From: Isorropodon fossajaponicum endosymbiont JTNG4
Lineage (GTDB): Bacteria > Pseudomonadota > Gammaproteobacteria > PS1 > Pseudothioglobaceae
NCBI RefSeq assembly: GCF_016592615.1
Contig: NZ_AP013043.1
Location: 900,001-932,000 of the forward strand
DNA length: 32,000 nucleotides
Direction: 5' to 3'
The translations under genes and the position numbers were made by a program. A model generated the notes under the pieces. That model saw nothing but the letters and a program-made list of their open reading frames with translations, searched no databases and was not told where the DNA came from. Shown in pieces: positions 1 to 10,605 of this stretch; position 1 is the first letter of the stretch; each line of letters begins with the position of its first letter.

Positions 1-925
1 ACAAGCCTGCACCAAAACTACTGTTAAATTCAATAAAAACACGATCTTCAGTCTTGGCATCTTTATCAAAAAAACTACCCCACTGGCGTTCCAATTTAAG
101 ATTAACACCTGGATAAAGTTTGGCACGACTTTGATCTAGTTCAGCCTCAATCACCAAACTTTCCGCTCTAATTTGCTTAATTCTAGGATTGGTTAATAAT
201 GCCTTTTTACTTAATTTAGCTTGACTAGTTTCAAACTTAACAATACTAAAGTCTCTAATTAAATCTTTTGGATCTAGCGAAGTGCCCAATAGTTCTTCCA
301 AATTAAGCAGACTATTTTCATGTTGAATAATAGCCGAATTAAGACCTGCTTCTGCCTGAGTTAAACGTGAATTTGCCAAATTTAAATCACTACTAGAAGA
401 CAAACCTTGTTTAATGCGACGCCTTAAACGGGCGCGTAATATGTCATGCTCCTCTTGACTCTTACTATACGACTTTTTTTTTAAATAACTGTCATACCAT
501 TTACTATAAGCATAGATTACTTTTAAAGCCAAATCTTGCTGTGCAACCTTGGTTAATGCCTGAGCTGATAAAAGCTGAGCTCTTGATTTTGCCAAGCCTG
601 CATCAATAGATCCACCCGCCCAAAGTGGTTGCGTTAAACTGATAACTGAAACACGACTATCACCATTTTTATAACTAAGGTCTGTACTAGAACTGTCAAC
701 TTGGCTTACTGAAAACTTAGGGGTTGGAAAATATTGCCATTTAGCACTGGTAATCTCATTTTTAGCAGCTTCTTCTAAAAAAACATTACTTTTAATAGAG
801 GGGTGATAGGTAATTGCCTTATTGATTAAATTAGATAAATTAAACCCACCTTTTGATTGCTCTTGTGCGCTCACACCGCCAAGGAAAAAGCCAAAAAATA
901 ATAATAGAACTGTTCTTTTAATCAT
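1..925 (-). CDS. TolC-family outer membrane protein (type I secretion / efflux outer membrane factor), N-terminal ~308 codons; 3' end lies beyond the window start
   Basis: My minus-strand translation from the ATG at 923-925 stays open to position 1. It reads MIKRTVLLLFFGFFLGGVSAQEQ (signal peptide)...NLINKAITYHPSIKS...SLTQPLWAGGSIDAGLAKSRAQLLSAQ...DLNLANSRLTQAEAGL..., which has the typical OEP/TolC repeat character. It starts 10 nt after the stop of the upstream adhesin ORF. It is absent from the ORF track only because it runs off the window. Confidence 0.75.
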   Translation of the reverse strand, partial: MIKRTVLLLFFGFFLGGVSAQEQSKGGFNLSNLINKAITYHPSIKSNVFLEEAAKNEITSAKWQYFPTPKFSVSQVDSSSTDLSYKNGDSRVSVISLTQPLWAGGSIDAGLAKSRAQLLSAQALTKVAQQDLALKVIYAYSKWYDSYLKKKSYSKSQEEHDILRARLRRRIKQGLSSSSDLNLANSRLTQAEAGLNSAIIQHENSLLNLEELLGTSLDPKDLIRDFSIVKFETSQAKLSKKALLTNPRIKQIRAESLVIEAELDQSRAKLYPGVNLKLERQWGSFFDKDAKTEDRVFIEFNSSFGAGL

Positions 926-935
926 TTTAACGGGT

Positions 936-2591
936 TTACAACACAATTAAATTATCTGCCTGCAAGTCGCTCAGGGTAATTGCCGTACTGCCTGTATTTT
1001 GCAAAGTAATAGAAATATCAGAAGCAAAAGTTCCACCACTGCCACTAGAATCACTGCCATTAGCATCAATATTTAAAGTAGTTGTGGTGCCTTTATCGTC
1101 ACTATCATAAACAACAGCACTGCTTTCAAGAACTTTCCACCTATCGATATCCAAAATATATTCTACTTTAGCACCTTTTTCAATGTTGCCGATTATTATC
1201 GTCTCATTACTGGTAATGCCGTCCGCACTATTTACACCAGTATCCTCTTTTGAGGTGAGCGTTAATCCCTCAACATTACCATCAAAAGTGATTAAATACG
1301 TATCTGATAACACACCTTGATTACCTACTTGGTCAATAATTCTTACCTTAAAACCATAATCTTTATTAGCCTTATTATCACCTGTAGTCAAAGTTGACAA
1401 TGTCACATCTTTCCAACCTTCCTCAATATCAGCTTCACTTAACTGTACATATTTGGAATGCGTATAACCTGTACCGTCATCTTTCATGAGCTGAATTCTA
1501 TCACCTTTTTCCGCAATAATATCGTTATCGCTATTCTTTAAAGAAATCCGAATGCTTGGCGTGCCATCGTTGGCTGTTTTGCCGCTGGCAAGGTTGTTAT
1601 TGTCAGGAGTGGGGCTAGTTGCTGCATTATCTGTAATAGCAAACTGAATGGCATTTTCACCTTCTTTTAAATCTATTGTCCAAGAAATGGCTAATGCTGT
1701 AACAGAACTGGTAGTAATATCAATCCAATTCTCTCCACCATCAATACCACCCCAAAGCTTTTCACTATCTAGTGCTTGTGTTAAAGTAGCTGTAATATCT
1801 TGAGATGTTGTTCTCGTAATATAATCTTCATCAGTGTCTCCATAAGCAGTATCGTCGCTAATATCGATATTACCAATTTGAGATTCAAAACTGCTAATGA
1901 AACTACTAGCCACATCTGCATTCTCATCCTGTTCATCTGATTTTTTCGCACCTGCAACTAAATCATTTGCTACATTTTGACTTAATTTACCATTGGTAAT
2001 ACCATTCACTAATTCACTTAACACTGTCCCAGTAGACTTACGATTTGCAATTGTAAGATCACCATTTTTATCCCTTGTTTCCATACCAGAAATAGCCGCC
2101 AAAACATAACCCAATGCTTGCTCGTCCTCAGTTGCATCAACATTAGTGAACTTATCATCTTTTTTAGTATTAACAAGTGCAGGCTTGGTGGTAATAATAT
2201 CGCCATTCAAACCAAATGCTGTGGCAATATTCTCATTAGCAGTGATAATTTGAGCAGACGTAAAATCTGATAAATCAGTGTCTACATTACTACTATCTTG
2301 AAATAATTGACGTGTGGCTATTTCAGTTAACATATTAAGATTAATAGTCATGTTACTACCATTTGAGCTAGCAATAGCGCGCAAATATACGCTTAAATCT
2401 TTGTTTTGACCTTGTGTCTCCCCTTCATCTAAATAATCTACGCCTGTTCCTGTATCTTTCAAGCGAATAAGAATATTACCCGTATAAGCTTCATTGACTT
2501 TTATCGTAAACGAGCCATCATCTTTAAAACTAATTGTAGTTTTTAATATTTCTCCATCCTTATCATAAACCTCAATTGTATAGCTATTCAC
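936..2591 (-). CDS. Secreted Ig-like-repeat adhesin (BapA/LapA-like type I secretion substrate), main ORF; the annotated start is a GTG and the frame is open up to 2621
   Basis: 551-aa acidic, Thr/Ser/Asp/Asn-rich and Cys-free protein. It carries a bacterial Ig-like repeat signature (EDTGVNSADGITSNETIIIGNIEKGAKVEY). The C-terminus is Gly/Ser/Asp-rich and ends ...ITLSDLQADNLIVL, resembling T1SS C-terminal target domains. It lies directly upstream of a tolC-like gene. Confidence 0.6.
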   Translation of the reverse strand: MNSYTIEVYDKDGEILKTTISFKDDGSFTIKVNEAYTGNILIRLKDTGTGVDYLDEGETQGQNKDLSVYLRAIASSNGSNMTINLNMLTEIATRQLFQDSSNVDTDLSDFTSAQIITANENIATAFGLNGDIITTKPALVNTKKDDKFTNVDATEDEQALGYVLAAISGMETRDKNGDLTIANRKSTGTVLSELVNGITNGKLSQNVANDLVAGAKKSDEQDENADVASSFISSFESQIGNIDISDDTAYGDTDEDYITRTTSQDITATLTQALDSEKLWGGIDGGENWIDITTSSVTALAISWTIDLKEGENAIQFAITDNAATSPTPDNNNLASGKTANDGTPSIRISLKNSDNDIIAEKGDRIQLMKDDGTGYTHSKYVQLSEADIEEGWKDVTLSTLTTGDNKANKDYGFKVRIIDQVGNQGVLSDTYLITFDGNVEGLTLTSKEDTGVNSADGITSNETIIIGNIEKGAKVEYILDIDRWKVLESSAVVYDSDDKGTTTTLNIDANGSDSSGSGGTFASDISITLQNTGSTAITLSDLQADNLIVL

Positions 2592-2616
2592 ATCAAAAAC
2601 TTTCCCTGCACTAATA

Positions 2617-2966
2617 CTACCTTACATAGTAAATATAGTTGGATTGCCAATCAATATGATGCAACACCCCTGAAACAGGCAAAGGAACCACATAGCTCAA
2701 ATCAATACAGGCTGAAAAATAACCATCAAAAACAACCGTGGTAGAGTCATCTAATAATAAAGTTAAATCATCACCTGCCTTCTTGGCAATAACATCAAAA
2801 TCCACATCTAATACTTTAGTATTTTGTTGAAAATAATTTGATAAGCTTCACCGTGCTTAACCTGAATATACTTGTCTTTAGCCTGATTAACAACAATATT
2901 TTTCTGCTTTAGAGCGCCAGAATTAATTGCTTGTTGTGCTTTAATTTGTTGTTTATTTTCCACCAT
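2617..2966 (-). pseudogene. N-terminal fragments of the same adhesin gene in two other frames (BapA-prefix-like module)
   Basis: An ATG at 2966 follows an AAGGAAG Shine-Dalgarno and gives MVENKQQIKAQQAINSGALKQKNIVVNQAKDKYIQVKHGEAYQIIFNKILKY*. The next frame (2617-2805) continues with VLDVDFDVIAKKAGDDLTLLLDDSTTVVFDGYF, the pattern seen at the N-termini of giant T1SS adhesins. Both junctions can be repaired by single-base indels. Confidence 0.5.
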
Positions 2967-3303
2967 ACTTCCTTATAAAAACTTTGGATAACTCTACTTA
3001 GAAAGTATTAATTTCATTAGAATTATGCACCCCAAATTTAGTAAAATACTAAATATCAGCATTATACACAATCAAAAGTTTATTTTTCCCATGAATTGCC
3101 AAACTCAATAATTTGATAAAAATGATTGTTTACATGGTATTGCAAATAACTTAGAGTATTAAATTTAACCAACATTAACAAAAAATGTTTGTCAGTTTTT
3201 TATAAAAAAAAAGTTTGATATATATATGTATTTAAAAAAGTTATATAAACAAGGTCATAATTAGAAAATGAGTATTGCGCCTCTCACACATCAACCAACA
3301 TTC

Positions 3304-3921
3304 TTACTCTCTACCATGACTTTTTGAAAGTGTTCTGTAATGGTTAAATTTGTAGTCTTTAACATTACGTAGATATAAATAGCACAGTTTAAAACCCCAA
3401 CGCTTGTGCGTTGCGGTTAAGCGCAGTAGACAATCGGCAATTAAAGCATTGTCATCACTGAGTTTTGGTTGATAATAATAAGTGCTTTTACTAATGCTAC
3501 AAACTTCGTAAATAAGTTTGATACTTGTGTTCTTATTTTGTTCATTGATGTTTAAAGCCATCCTCACGCCACTGGGATGGCTTTAGAACTTTTTTGCTAA
3601 GGCATCCTTTGTAATTTGCAGTTTCAACTCACTCTCAGCATACATACGCTTGAATTGAGCATTTTCTGATTCTAGCTCTTTTAAGCGTTTAACCATAGAG
3701 ACAAAATCTGTATCACCGTATTTAGATCTCCATTTGTAAAATGTGGCTTGAGACATTGCGTATTCACGGCATAGATCAGCCACAGATATGCCTGATTGGT
3801 TTTGTTTGAGTATGTTGACTATTTATGACTCTGTATATCTTGATTTTTTCATGTGAAAACTCCTTATTTTTTATTATAGAATTTTCTACTTTAGAATGGT
3901 GGTTTTTTGGGGTATTACATT
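3304..3921 (-). mobile_element. Decayed IS3-family element (IS407/IS2-like group): orfA with a premature stop, frameshifted orfB stub, 3' two-thirds missing
   Basis: From the ATG at 3852 orfA reads MKKSRYTES*IVNILKQNQSGISVADLCREYAMSQATFYKWRSKYG...LKELESENAQFKRMYAE. This is an HTH plus leucine-zipper IS3 OrfA pattern, with TAA where Gln is expected. An A_AAA_AAG slippery motif sits at 3589-3595. The orfB N-terminus (3304-3567, ...CSISKSTYYYQPK...HKRWGFKLCYLYLRN) ends after ~87 aa. The outer boundary near 3921 (TGTAATACCCC...) is approximate. Confidence 0.7.
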
Positions 3922-4662
3922 AAGGCAAGGGTTTTAGTTCGATTCCAGCAAATGTAGTTATTTTTTTTACGCTTTAATCGTAAAAATAGAGCAACAAATA
4001 ACAACTCAATAGAAATAGCAAGCCATGCTGATTTGGTTGCGGTATAAAAAATATAAATAATAATAACTGCCATTAAAAATCCAGCCAAAAAGGTTTGCAT
4101 TGTATTGATTTTATTAGAAAAAATAATAAATAAAACCACTGGAAATATCAATACAAATGGATGTGCTGCTATATTTTTGTTGCCAAATGTGGAAGATGGT
4201 GCTGCTGATTGTAATAAAAGTTCGGTATCAGGTGATAAATATTGGAATATACCGATGATGGCAATAAGCCCACCTGCAACAGCCAAACCAAAAGCAAACT
4301 TTAAGAGGTTGGTATGTGTTTGTTTAATGCAATAAGCAACAAAAAATGCATAAAAGATAATTAACCATAGCAGCCATTTACCGATAAAAAAATCAACATT
4401 AACACTCCAAAAAATACTACCAGTGCCTAGTAAAAACAGCACCAATAAAGATATTTTTAAATCACTAAAGTGATAAGAAAAATGCTGACGATTTACCCCA
4501 TAATGTACAAATAAACAAAAAACCAATGCCAAAAGTTACGGCATATAGTTTGGCAAAACTGGAATCATAAAAACCATAAGACCCAGCCCAAGGCGCTTGT
4601 AATGCAACACCGATAAGTACAACACTAAGCCAAATAATTAAACCGTTGTTCGCCAATTTCAT
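3915..4662 (-). pseudogene. O-antigen ligase/polymerase (Wzy_C)-like polytopic membrane protein, frameshifted and 3'-truncated by the IS fragment
   Basis: Two overlapping minus-strand ORFs (4465-4662 and 3915-4532) in different frames are both multi-TM. Motifs include STFGNKNIAAHPFVLIFP and TKSAWLAISIELL. The second ORF runs straight into the IS end and stops there. Confidence 0.55.
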
Positions 4663-4740
4663 AAATTCATATTACAATCCATTGGATTTATTTTCTTCTT
4701 TCATTGTCATGCTATAAAACATTAACTGTGTTTGTAAGGA

Positions 4741-6408
4741 TTAAGTACACCAAGTATCACGTAAACCCGTCGTTTTGTTAAATACCAGTTCATCGCTTGA
4801 TTGATTGTCTCGACAAAAATACCCTTCACGTTCAAATTGATAAGCGAATTCAGGCTTGCTATTAGCCATACTAGGCTCTACCACGCCATAAGTAGTGACT
4901 AGTGATTGTGGATTAAGCAATTGTTCAAAGTGGTCATTTTTGCCAGGGTTTTCAAGTGTGAATAATCGCTCATATAGTCTAAATTCTGCTTTGAGTGCCT
5001 TGGTAGCTTCAACAAAGTGAATCACGCCTTTGACTTTACGACCATCAATAGGATTTTTACCTAATGTATCTGGGTCGTATGTTGCATATACAGTAGTAAT
5101 ATTACCGTCAAAATCGGTATCAAAAGTAGTGGCATTAATGACATAAGCAAATCGCAGGCGCACCTCTTTATTGATTGCCAATCGTTTAAATTTTTTATTC
5201 GGTGCCACTTCTTTAAAGTCTGCTCTATCAATATATAATTCACGGGAGAAAAATATATCACGCTTACCCATCTCCTCATTTTGTGGATGAATAGGGGCTT
5301 TTAGGGTTTCAATTTTACCTTCAGGGTAATTTTTAATAATAACACGTATTGGATCAATGACACCCATTGTGCGTGGCGCTTTGATATTCAAATCATCACG
5401 TATAGTAGCTTCTAGAATTGCTATATCGGTCATGCTGTCCACTTTAGAAATGCCAATTCGATTGGTAAAGTCGCGAATACTAGCCGCAGTATAGCCACGA
5501 CGACGAAGCCCTGAAAGTGTAGGCATGCGTGGATCATCCCAGCCAGATACTAGCCCATCTTCGACTATTTTTTGTAATTTACGCTTTGACATGACGGTGT
5601 ATTCTAAATTTAGCCGTGAAAACTCATACTGATGTGGGCGATTAGGCTTATTAAAATCATTTAGGTTTTCCAATATCCAATCATATAAGCGACGATTGTC
5701 TTGGAATTCTAACGTGCATAAAGAGTGAGTTATCCCTTCAATTGCATCACTAATACAATGGGCAAAATCATACATGGGATAAATACGCCACTGATTGCCA
5801 GTTTGGTGATGTTTATCAAAGCGAATGCGGTACAGGGTCGGGTCGCGCATGCACATGAATGAACTGCTCATATCAATTTTGGCGCGCAGTACACATTCAC
5901 CTTCTGAAAATTCACCTGCTTTCATTTTTGCAAGTAATTCTAGGTTTTCCACAATCGATGTATCTCGATAAGGGCTATTTTCCCCAGCCTCTTTTAAAGT
6001 ACCTCTGTAGGTGCGAGTTTCACCTGCATTTAAAAAGCAAACGTAGGCTAGGTTTTTATGAATAAGCTCAATGGCACACTCATAAAATTGGTCAAAATAA
6101 TGGGAACTATACTTAATATCACCATCCCACACAAACCCAAGCCACTTAATATCTGCCTTGATGGCATCTATAAATTCAATATCCTCTTTAGCAGGATTGG
6201 TATCATCAAATCGCAAATTACACTGTCCCTTATAATCTTTTGCTAAACCAAAATTTAGACAAATTGACTTAGCATGCCCAATATGCAAATAACCATTAGG
6301 CTCAGGCGGAAAGCGTGTTTGAATTGAGTTGTGTAGTCCCGAATCTAGATCATTATTAATTTGGTTACGGATAAAGTTTGTATGAGTGTCCTTGTTCATA
6401 AGTATCAA
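4741..6408 (-). CDS. glnS: Glutamine--tRNA ligase
   Basis: 555 aa. [39 protein letters not shown] (HIGH motif) and VMSKRKL (KMSKS-type) are collinear with E. coli GlnRS. The true start could be the Met 3 codons downstream (6399). Confidence 0.95.
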   Translation of the reverse strand: MILMNKDTHTNFIRNQINNDLDSGLHNSIQTRFPPEPNGYLHIGHAKSICLNFGLAKDYKGQCNLRFDDTNPAKEDIEFIDAIKADIKWLGFVWDGDIKYSSHYFDQFYECAIELIHKNLAYVCFLNAGETRTYRGTLKEAGENSPYRDTSIVENLELLAKMKAGEFSEGECVLRAKIDMSSSFMCMRDPTLYRIRFDKHHQTGNQWRIYPMYDFAHCISDAIEGITHSLCTLEFQDNRRLYDWILENLNDFNKPNRPHQYEFSRLNLEYTVMSKRKLQKIVEDGLVSGWDDPRMPTLSGLRRRGYTAASIRDFTNRIGISKVDSMTDIAILEATIRDDLNIKAPRTMGVIDPIRVIIKNYPEGKIETLKAPIHPQNEEMGKRDIFFSRELYIDRADFKEVAPNKKFKRLAINKEVRLRFAYVINATTFDTDFDGNITTVYATYDPDTLGKNPIDGRKVKGVIHFVEATKALKAEFRLYERLFTLENPGKNDHFEQLLNPQSLVTTYGVVEPSMANSKPEFAYQFEREGYFCRDNQSSDELVFNKTTGLRDTWCT

Positions 6409-6431
6409 ATTATAGTCAATATAAATGTAAA

Positions 6432-7652
6432 ATGCGCTCTATGAGATTGCCGATTACTTATTCAAATATTGTTAATACATTATTATTATTATTCCCCATC
6501 GGAATACTTATTTTAAAAGGATTTGGAGATTTTGTTTTATTGAGTCTTGCAATATTGGGACTTTATACTGCTATTTCTGAAAAAAAATCCCCTTTTAAAA
6601 TTAAAGAATTAAAACTATTTTCTTGGATAACAACTGTTTATTTTTTAGTTATGTTATTTTCCATCCTATATGCAGATGGTTGGAGCGCTGAGTTTCATCA
6701 TTTGGGCAGAAAACTACATTTTTTATTAGCTCCATTGATTGCACTTGCAATTTTTCAAATAGACCTACCACTTAAGAAGCTATTATTAAGTATTAAAACA
6801 GGCTTGATTATTGCTGGTATTGTTGTTATCACTCAATTTTTACTAGGCTTAGTCAGACCATCAAGCGTGATTAATGCCAATATATTTGGCGATATTGTTG
6901 TTGCCATGTTGTTTTTATCAATCGTGCAAGTATTTAGTGAAAAACCAAAAGAGCGAGTGGTCACTTTTATTGCAATATTAGCAGGAATTAGTGCGATACT
7001 TTTATCAGCAAATCGTGGCTCTTGGATGTCATTTCTTATTCTATCTATCATTTATATTAGCCTAATTTATAAGCCATTTTTAAAAAATAACAGCAAGAGG
7101 CAATTGTTTTTAGTATTATTTTTCTCGATTATGTTTGGATTTATTAATACACAGACTAATGTAGGTAAAAGAATTAATGATACCGTTGCTAATGTCCAAA
7201 AATGGTATTCTGGAGGTGGGTCACCCACTTCTGTTGGACTTAGAATGGAAATGTGGAAAGCTGGATTGAGCGTATCAAAACAGTCATTATGGTTTGGTTA
7301 CGGATATAAGAATGCAAACAAAGTTGTATCGGAGTATGCATCTAACAATAAAGATAGGATTAAAGTATTCACTCATCTGCATAATGAGTATATAACTAAT
7401 TTATTATCTGCAGGGGTTGTTGGGTTGTTATCATTGCTCAGTTTATTATTTGCTCCTTTAAGAGTTTTTATAAAAAAACTAAGCAATAAAAATACTTACA
7501 CCTATTCATTTATGGGAATTTTGCTTTGTATTGGATATGTGACGTTTGGCTTTACACATGTAGCATTTGGAGATAAATATGTGAATGCATTTTATGTACT
7601 ATTTATGAGTTTTTTGTTGCCTAGGACCATAAAAAATAATGACACATCGTAA
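6432..7652 (+). CDS. O-antigen ligase family (WaaL/Wzy_C) membrane protein
   Basis: 406 aa, about 10-12 TM segments, a periplasmic loop, [13 protein letters not shown] and [19 protein letters not shown] motifs typical of Wzy_C proteins. Confidence 0.75.
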   Translation: MRSMRLPITYSNIVNTLLLLFPIGILILKGFGDFVLLSLAILGLYTAISEKKSPFKIKELKLFSWITTVYFLVMLFSILYADGWSAEFHHLGRKLHFLLAPLIALAIFQIDLPLKKLLLSIKTGLIIAGIVVITQFLLGLVRPSSVINANIFGDIVVAMLFLSIVQVFSEKPKERVVTFIAILAGISAILLSANRGSWMSFLILSIIYISLIYKPFLKNNSKRQLFLVLFFSIMFGFINTQTNVGKRINDTVANVQKWYSGGGSPTSVGLRMEMWKAGLSVSKQSLWFGYGYKNANKVVSEYASNNKDRIKVFTHLHNEYITNLLSAGVVGLLSLLSLLFAPLRVFIKKLSNKNTYTYSFMGILLCIGYVTFGFTHVAFGDKYVNAFYVLFMSFLLPRTIKNNDTS

Positions 7653-7716
7653 GAAGTATCATTAATGTTTTTTTAGATGAATACTATTTTAGCGTGTGGG
7701 TGGGTTTTTAGTTGAT

Positions 7717-8904
7717 TTATAAAAAGGTCTCAAGATGTTTATTTATATGTTCATATACTCTTTTAGATGAATCCCCATCTTGATATAAGTGATATTTGTT
7801 TGCAAGCTTATTGTACTTATCATACGAATAAGTTTGTTGAATAGTGCTATCCATTGATTCTAATAAATTATCAAAAGTATTGATTCTATCAGAAGGGATA
7901 TCTAAATCAAAATTCACGGCACTTCCTCCTGCGTCTATAAGTTCTTGATAGTCAGGCAAGTAGACCAAAACGGGTCTATTCGTAATTAAAAATTCATGTG
8001 TTAATGATGAATAGTCTGATATTAGCACATCTACCCCAATAAGTTCATCAACTACATCACTCCACTCTTGAGAATACGAACTAGATGCATAAATATTAGA
8101 ATGGGTTTTATTTAGATGAATAGGGCTTTTTTCGGCACGATGTGATCGAATAATAAGTGCGCTATTATTGTGTAATAAAAACTCATTCATTTTTTTTAAA
8201 TCAATATTATTATTCCATTTATGTCTTCTACCACTAGGCATATAGGCAAAAATTGTGCTAAATTTTTTTAGTGACGAACTTATATTTTTAATAATGTATT
8301 TTCTATCTGTTTGTTTAGAATGAAGTCTATCAAGTCTTGGTATGCCTACAATTGGCAATGTAGAGTGATTAACTCTAAATAACTGAGAGTACAACTGCCG
8401 TGTAAATTCTGAGGTGGCACATAAGAACAAATAGCGATTATACAGCTTTTGAAATTTTGCCTTATTTCTATTAAGTCTCCACTGTGGTTTATGCTGATTA
8501 TGGTTAGGAGGGACGATGTTATTAGTCACTCGGTGAAGTCCATGGAAAAGATTTATAACTAAAGCTTTGTGACTTAGATATTTATTAAGGTCTTCTAATT
8601 TAGATTTACATATAATATGTACTTGTGCTCTTGAAATGTAATAACAGCCTAGAATACTAGATTGTTTAAATGCAATGATTCCTTCATTTCTCAATTTACT
8701 CACCTGAATGTCAAATGGGGTAATATAGATGTGTGTGTTTTTATCTTGTTTTTTTGAATACTTTAATAAAGGCAGAGAAGAGTTTGTAAACCCCTCAGAA
8801 TATACCCATATATTCTTATCCCTAGGAAAAAGAGATACAATCCAAAATATTGGTAGAATAATTTTGTAGAGCTTTTCCCAATAACTTTTATTATTTTTTA
8901 TCAT
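7717..8904 (-). CDS. CDP-glycerol glycerophosphotransferase (TagB/TagF) family protein
   Basis: 395 aa with VGIPRLDRL, FAYMPSGRR, LISDYSSLTHEFLITNRPVLVYLPDYQEL. These are collinear with the Glyphos_transf signature (PR.D, PTWR, ITDYSS..FDF, kP.i.f..D...Y). Confidence 0.65.
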   Translation of the reverse strand: MIKNNKSYWEKLYKIILPIFWIVSLFPRDKNIWVYSEGFTNSSLPLLKYSKKQDKNTHIYITPFDIQVSKLRNEGIIAFKQSSILGCYYISRAQVHIICKSKLEDLNKYLSHKALVINLFHGLHRVTNNIVPPNHNQHKPQWRLNRNKAKFQKLYNRYLFLCATSEFTRQLYSQLFRVNHSTLPIVGIPRLDRLHSKQTDRKYIIKNISSSLKKFSTIFAYMPSGRRHKWNNNIDLKKMNEFLLHNNSALIIRSHRAEKSPIHLNKTHSNIYASSSYSQEWSDVVDELIGVDVLISDYSSLTHEFLITNRPVLVYLPDYQELIDAGGSAVNFDLDIPSDRINTFDNLLESMDSTIQQTYSYDKYNKLANKYHLYQDGDSSKRVYEHINKHLETFL

Positions 8905-9689
8905 GAGAAATCTTCCTTTCTTAATTTAATGTAACGTCTTTTTGATTTTACAATTAATGATAATTGATACAATCCTAACTTTAGCTGAGAGTAAGCCCTT
9001 TTAATTCGGAATGAAAGACCACCTTTTAGGTTATTTCGATTATCAATGGTTGAGGTAGATATTTTCTCTGAGTAAGTATTATTTAACCCGTAATAATCAC
9101 ATTGATCCAGTTGAATAATAGGTGCTGGTTCTATTTGATAGGCGCGAATACTATAGCAAGTGGTAATATGTGCATCAGCCAGTGCAATGCCTTTTTTTCT
9201 CTCACATTGAATAAGTTTTTCAGCACCTTCTGGCCAGAGTATGTATCCTGCTGCACCTGTCCTATCTTGATAAAGGCGAAGAAGTTTTGAGTTGCATTCG
9301 AGAGTTGTACCAGATTTTGAGATGAATTTTTTCCTGCCTCTATTTTCAAGATTGACTAAATCCATGCCTTTTTTGTCAGAAAGGCATGAAAGTAATTTTG
9401 GCACGCATTTTGATAGCAATGCATCATCTTCTAGTATTAAAGCTGGTTGATTGTTTTTAATAACCTTATACCATACTAGTCTATGTGAATAATAGCAGGC
9501 AACTTCAGTATTTTTTAGTGGTCTTTGCCAATCATAATGATGCTTTTGATAGGTATTATGATTAATATCTTTGATAGATACAGCATTGATTATTTGGTAA
9601 TCTAATTGTAATGATGACAATTGCTTTTCTTGAAATTCTCGTCGTTTGATTGAACTTGTTAGATTGATAATAAAAATATCCATCACCAC
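8901..9689 (-). CDS. Glycosyltransferase family 25 (LOS/LPS beta-1,4-galactosyltransferase-like)
   Basis: 262 aa. MDIFIINLTSSIKRREFQEKQL...INAV, then ALILEDDA and AAGYILWPEGAEKL, the classic GT25 (Lic2B/LgtB-type) pattern. It overlaps the downstream TagF-like gene by 4 nt. Confidence 0.75.
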   Translation of the reverse strand: MVMDIFIINLTSSIKRREFQEKQLSSLQLDYQIINAVSIKDINHNTYQKHHYDWQRPLKNTEVACYYSHRLVWYKVIKNNQPALILEDDALLSKCVPKLLSCLSDKKGMDLVNLENRGRKKFISKSGTTLECNSKLLRLYQDRTGAAGYILWPEGAEKLIQCERKKGIALADAHITTCYSIRAYQIEPAPIIQLDQCDYYGLNNTYSEKISTSTIDNRNNLKGGLSFRIKRAYSQLKLGLYQLSLIVKSKRRYIKLRKEDFS

Positions 9690-10315
9690 CAGCCAGTTTT
9701 TTCTCTTGTGTGCCTATTTTTTAGGCGTTTATAAATGGTATCAAATTTTTGTAATCTTACAAATACCTCAAGCAACATTTGACCTGCAATATTAATTTTT
9801 GCCATTTTATCAATACGCCAACGCATATTTCTAAGCGTATCATCAGTGCCGACTTTAAATACTGAGGTGCCATCAAAAAGCGCCACCCTCTCTTCATTAT
9901 CTAGCCTGATGATTTTTTCTTTATCATCTTTGTAGTTCTGTGCATTGGTAATGAAGCGCTCACTTTCTTGTATTTTGACAGTATTTAATAGGCATGAGCA
10001 TGCTATGGATAAACCTTTAAGCGCATCATTATCAGAGTAATCTGCAAAGGTGTCAGCTGCAGAAATTAGCCATCGTGTATTTAAACTCTTGAGTAGAAAC
10101 TTTGCCTCTGTATGCCAAAGATTTTCAAAAAGAGCAAAATATTTTTTTATTTCAAAGTCCCGTCTAATTAAGACAATAATTTTTGCATGGGTGTAGCAAA
10201 GTTCACTTTGTCCAGAAAACTCATTTTTTAAAGCGTTAAGATGTTTTTCAATATTGTTGGAACTGCCATGTGTGTATATTATTTTATTATTAGTAGAGAC
10301 CTTTGCGTAATTCAT
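9683..10315 (-). CDS. Hypothetical protein (no family recognised), first gene of the LOS-modification operon
   Basis: 210-aa ORF, soluble, predicted helical, overlapping the GT25 start by 7 nt. I recognise no motif. Confidence 0.4.
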   Translation of the reverse strand: MNYAKVSTNNKIIYTHGSSNNIEKHLNALKNEFSGQSELCYTHAKIIVLIRRDFEIKKYFALFENLWHTEAKFLLKSLNTRWLISAADTFADYSDNDALKGLSIACSCLLNTVKIQESERFITNAQNYKDDKEKIIRLDNEERVALFDGTSVFKVGTDDTLRNMRWRIDKMAKINIAGQMLLEVFVRLQKFDTIYKRLKNRHTREKTGWW

Positions 10316-10443
10316 AACTCCCTCTCCAAAATTCCATTCTTTTTATTTTTTCTAAAAAATTTACCAGATTTTCTCATCTTTGCATAAAAATCTAACAAAC
10401 CACCTTTTAAATAGATGCTTTTAGCATTTATTTTTCTTATTTT

Positions 10444-10605
10444 TTACACCATTCCAACCTTTAAACACAACAACCCCTCAGGCTTTGCATTCGTTTGAAT
10501 ATATTCATGCCAGTCTTTCAAGTTGTGACTCATGGCAATTAACTGAGCCCTGGTTTTATTTCTTTCTAAACCAAGGTATCTTACCTTGCCTAAACCATGA
10601 TGAAC
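10444..10605 (-). pseudogene. IS5-family (DDE_Tnp_1) transposase C-terminal remnant, cut by the IS3-family insertion
   Basis: Minus-strand translation abutting the IS3 inverted repeat reads VHHGLGKVRYLGLERNKTRAQLIAMSHNLKDW...GMV*. It matches the conserved C-terminal (K)VRYRGL.KN......L.A...NL block of IS5-type transposases. Confidence 0.55.
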
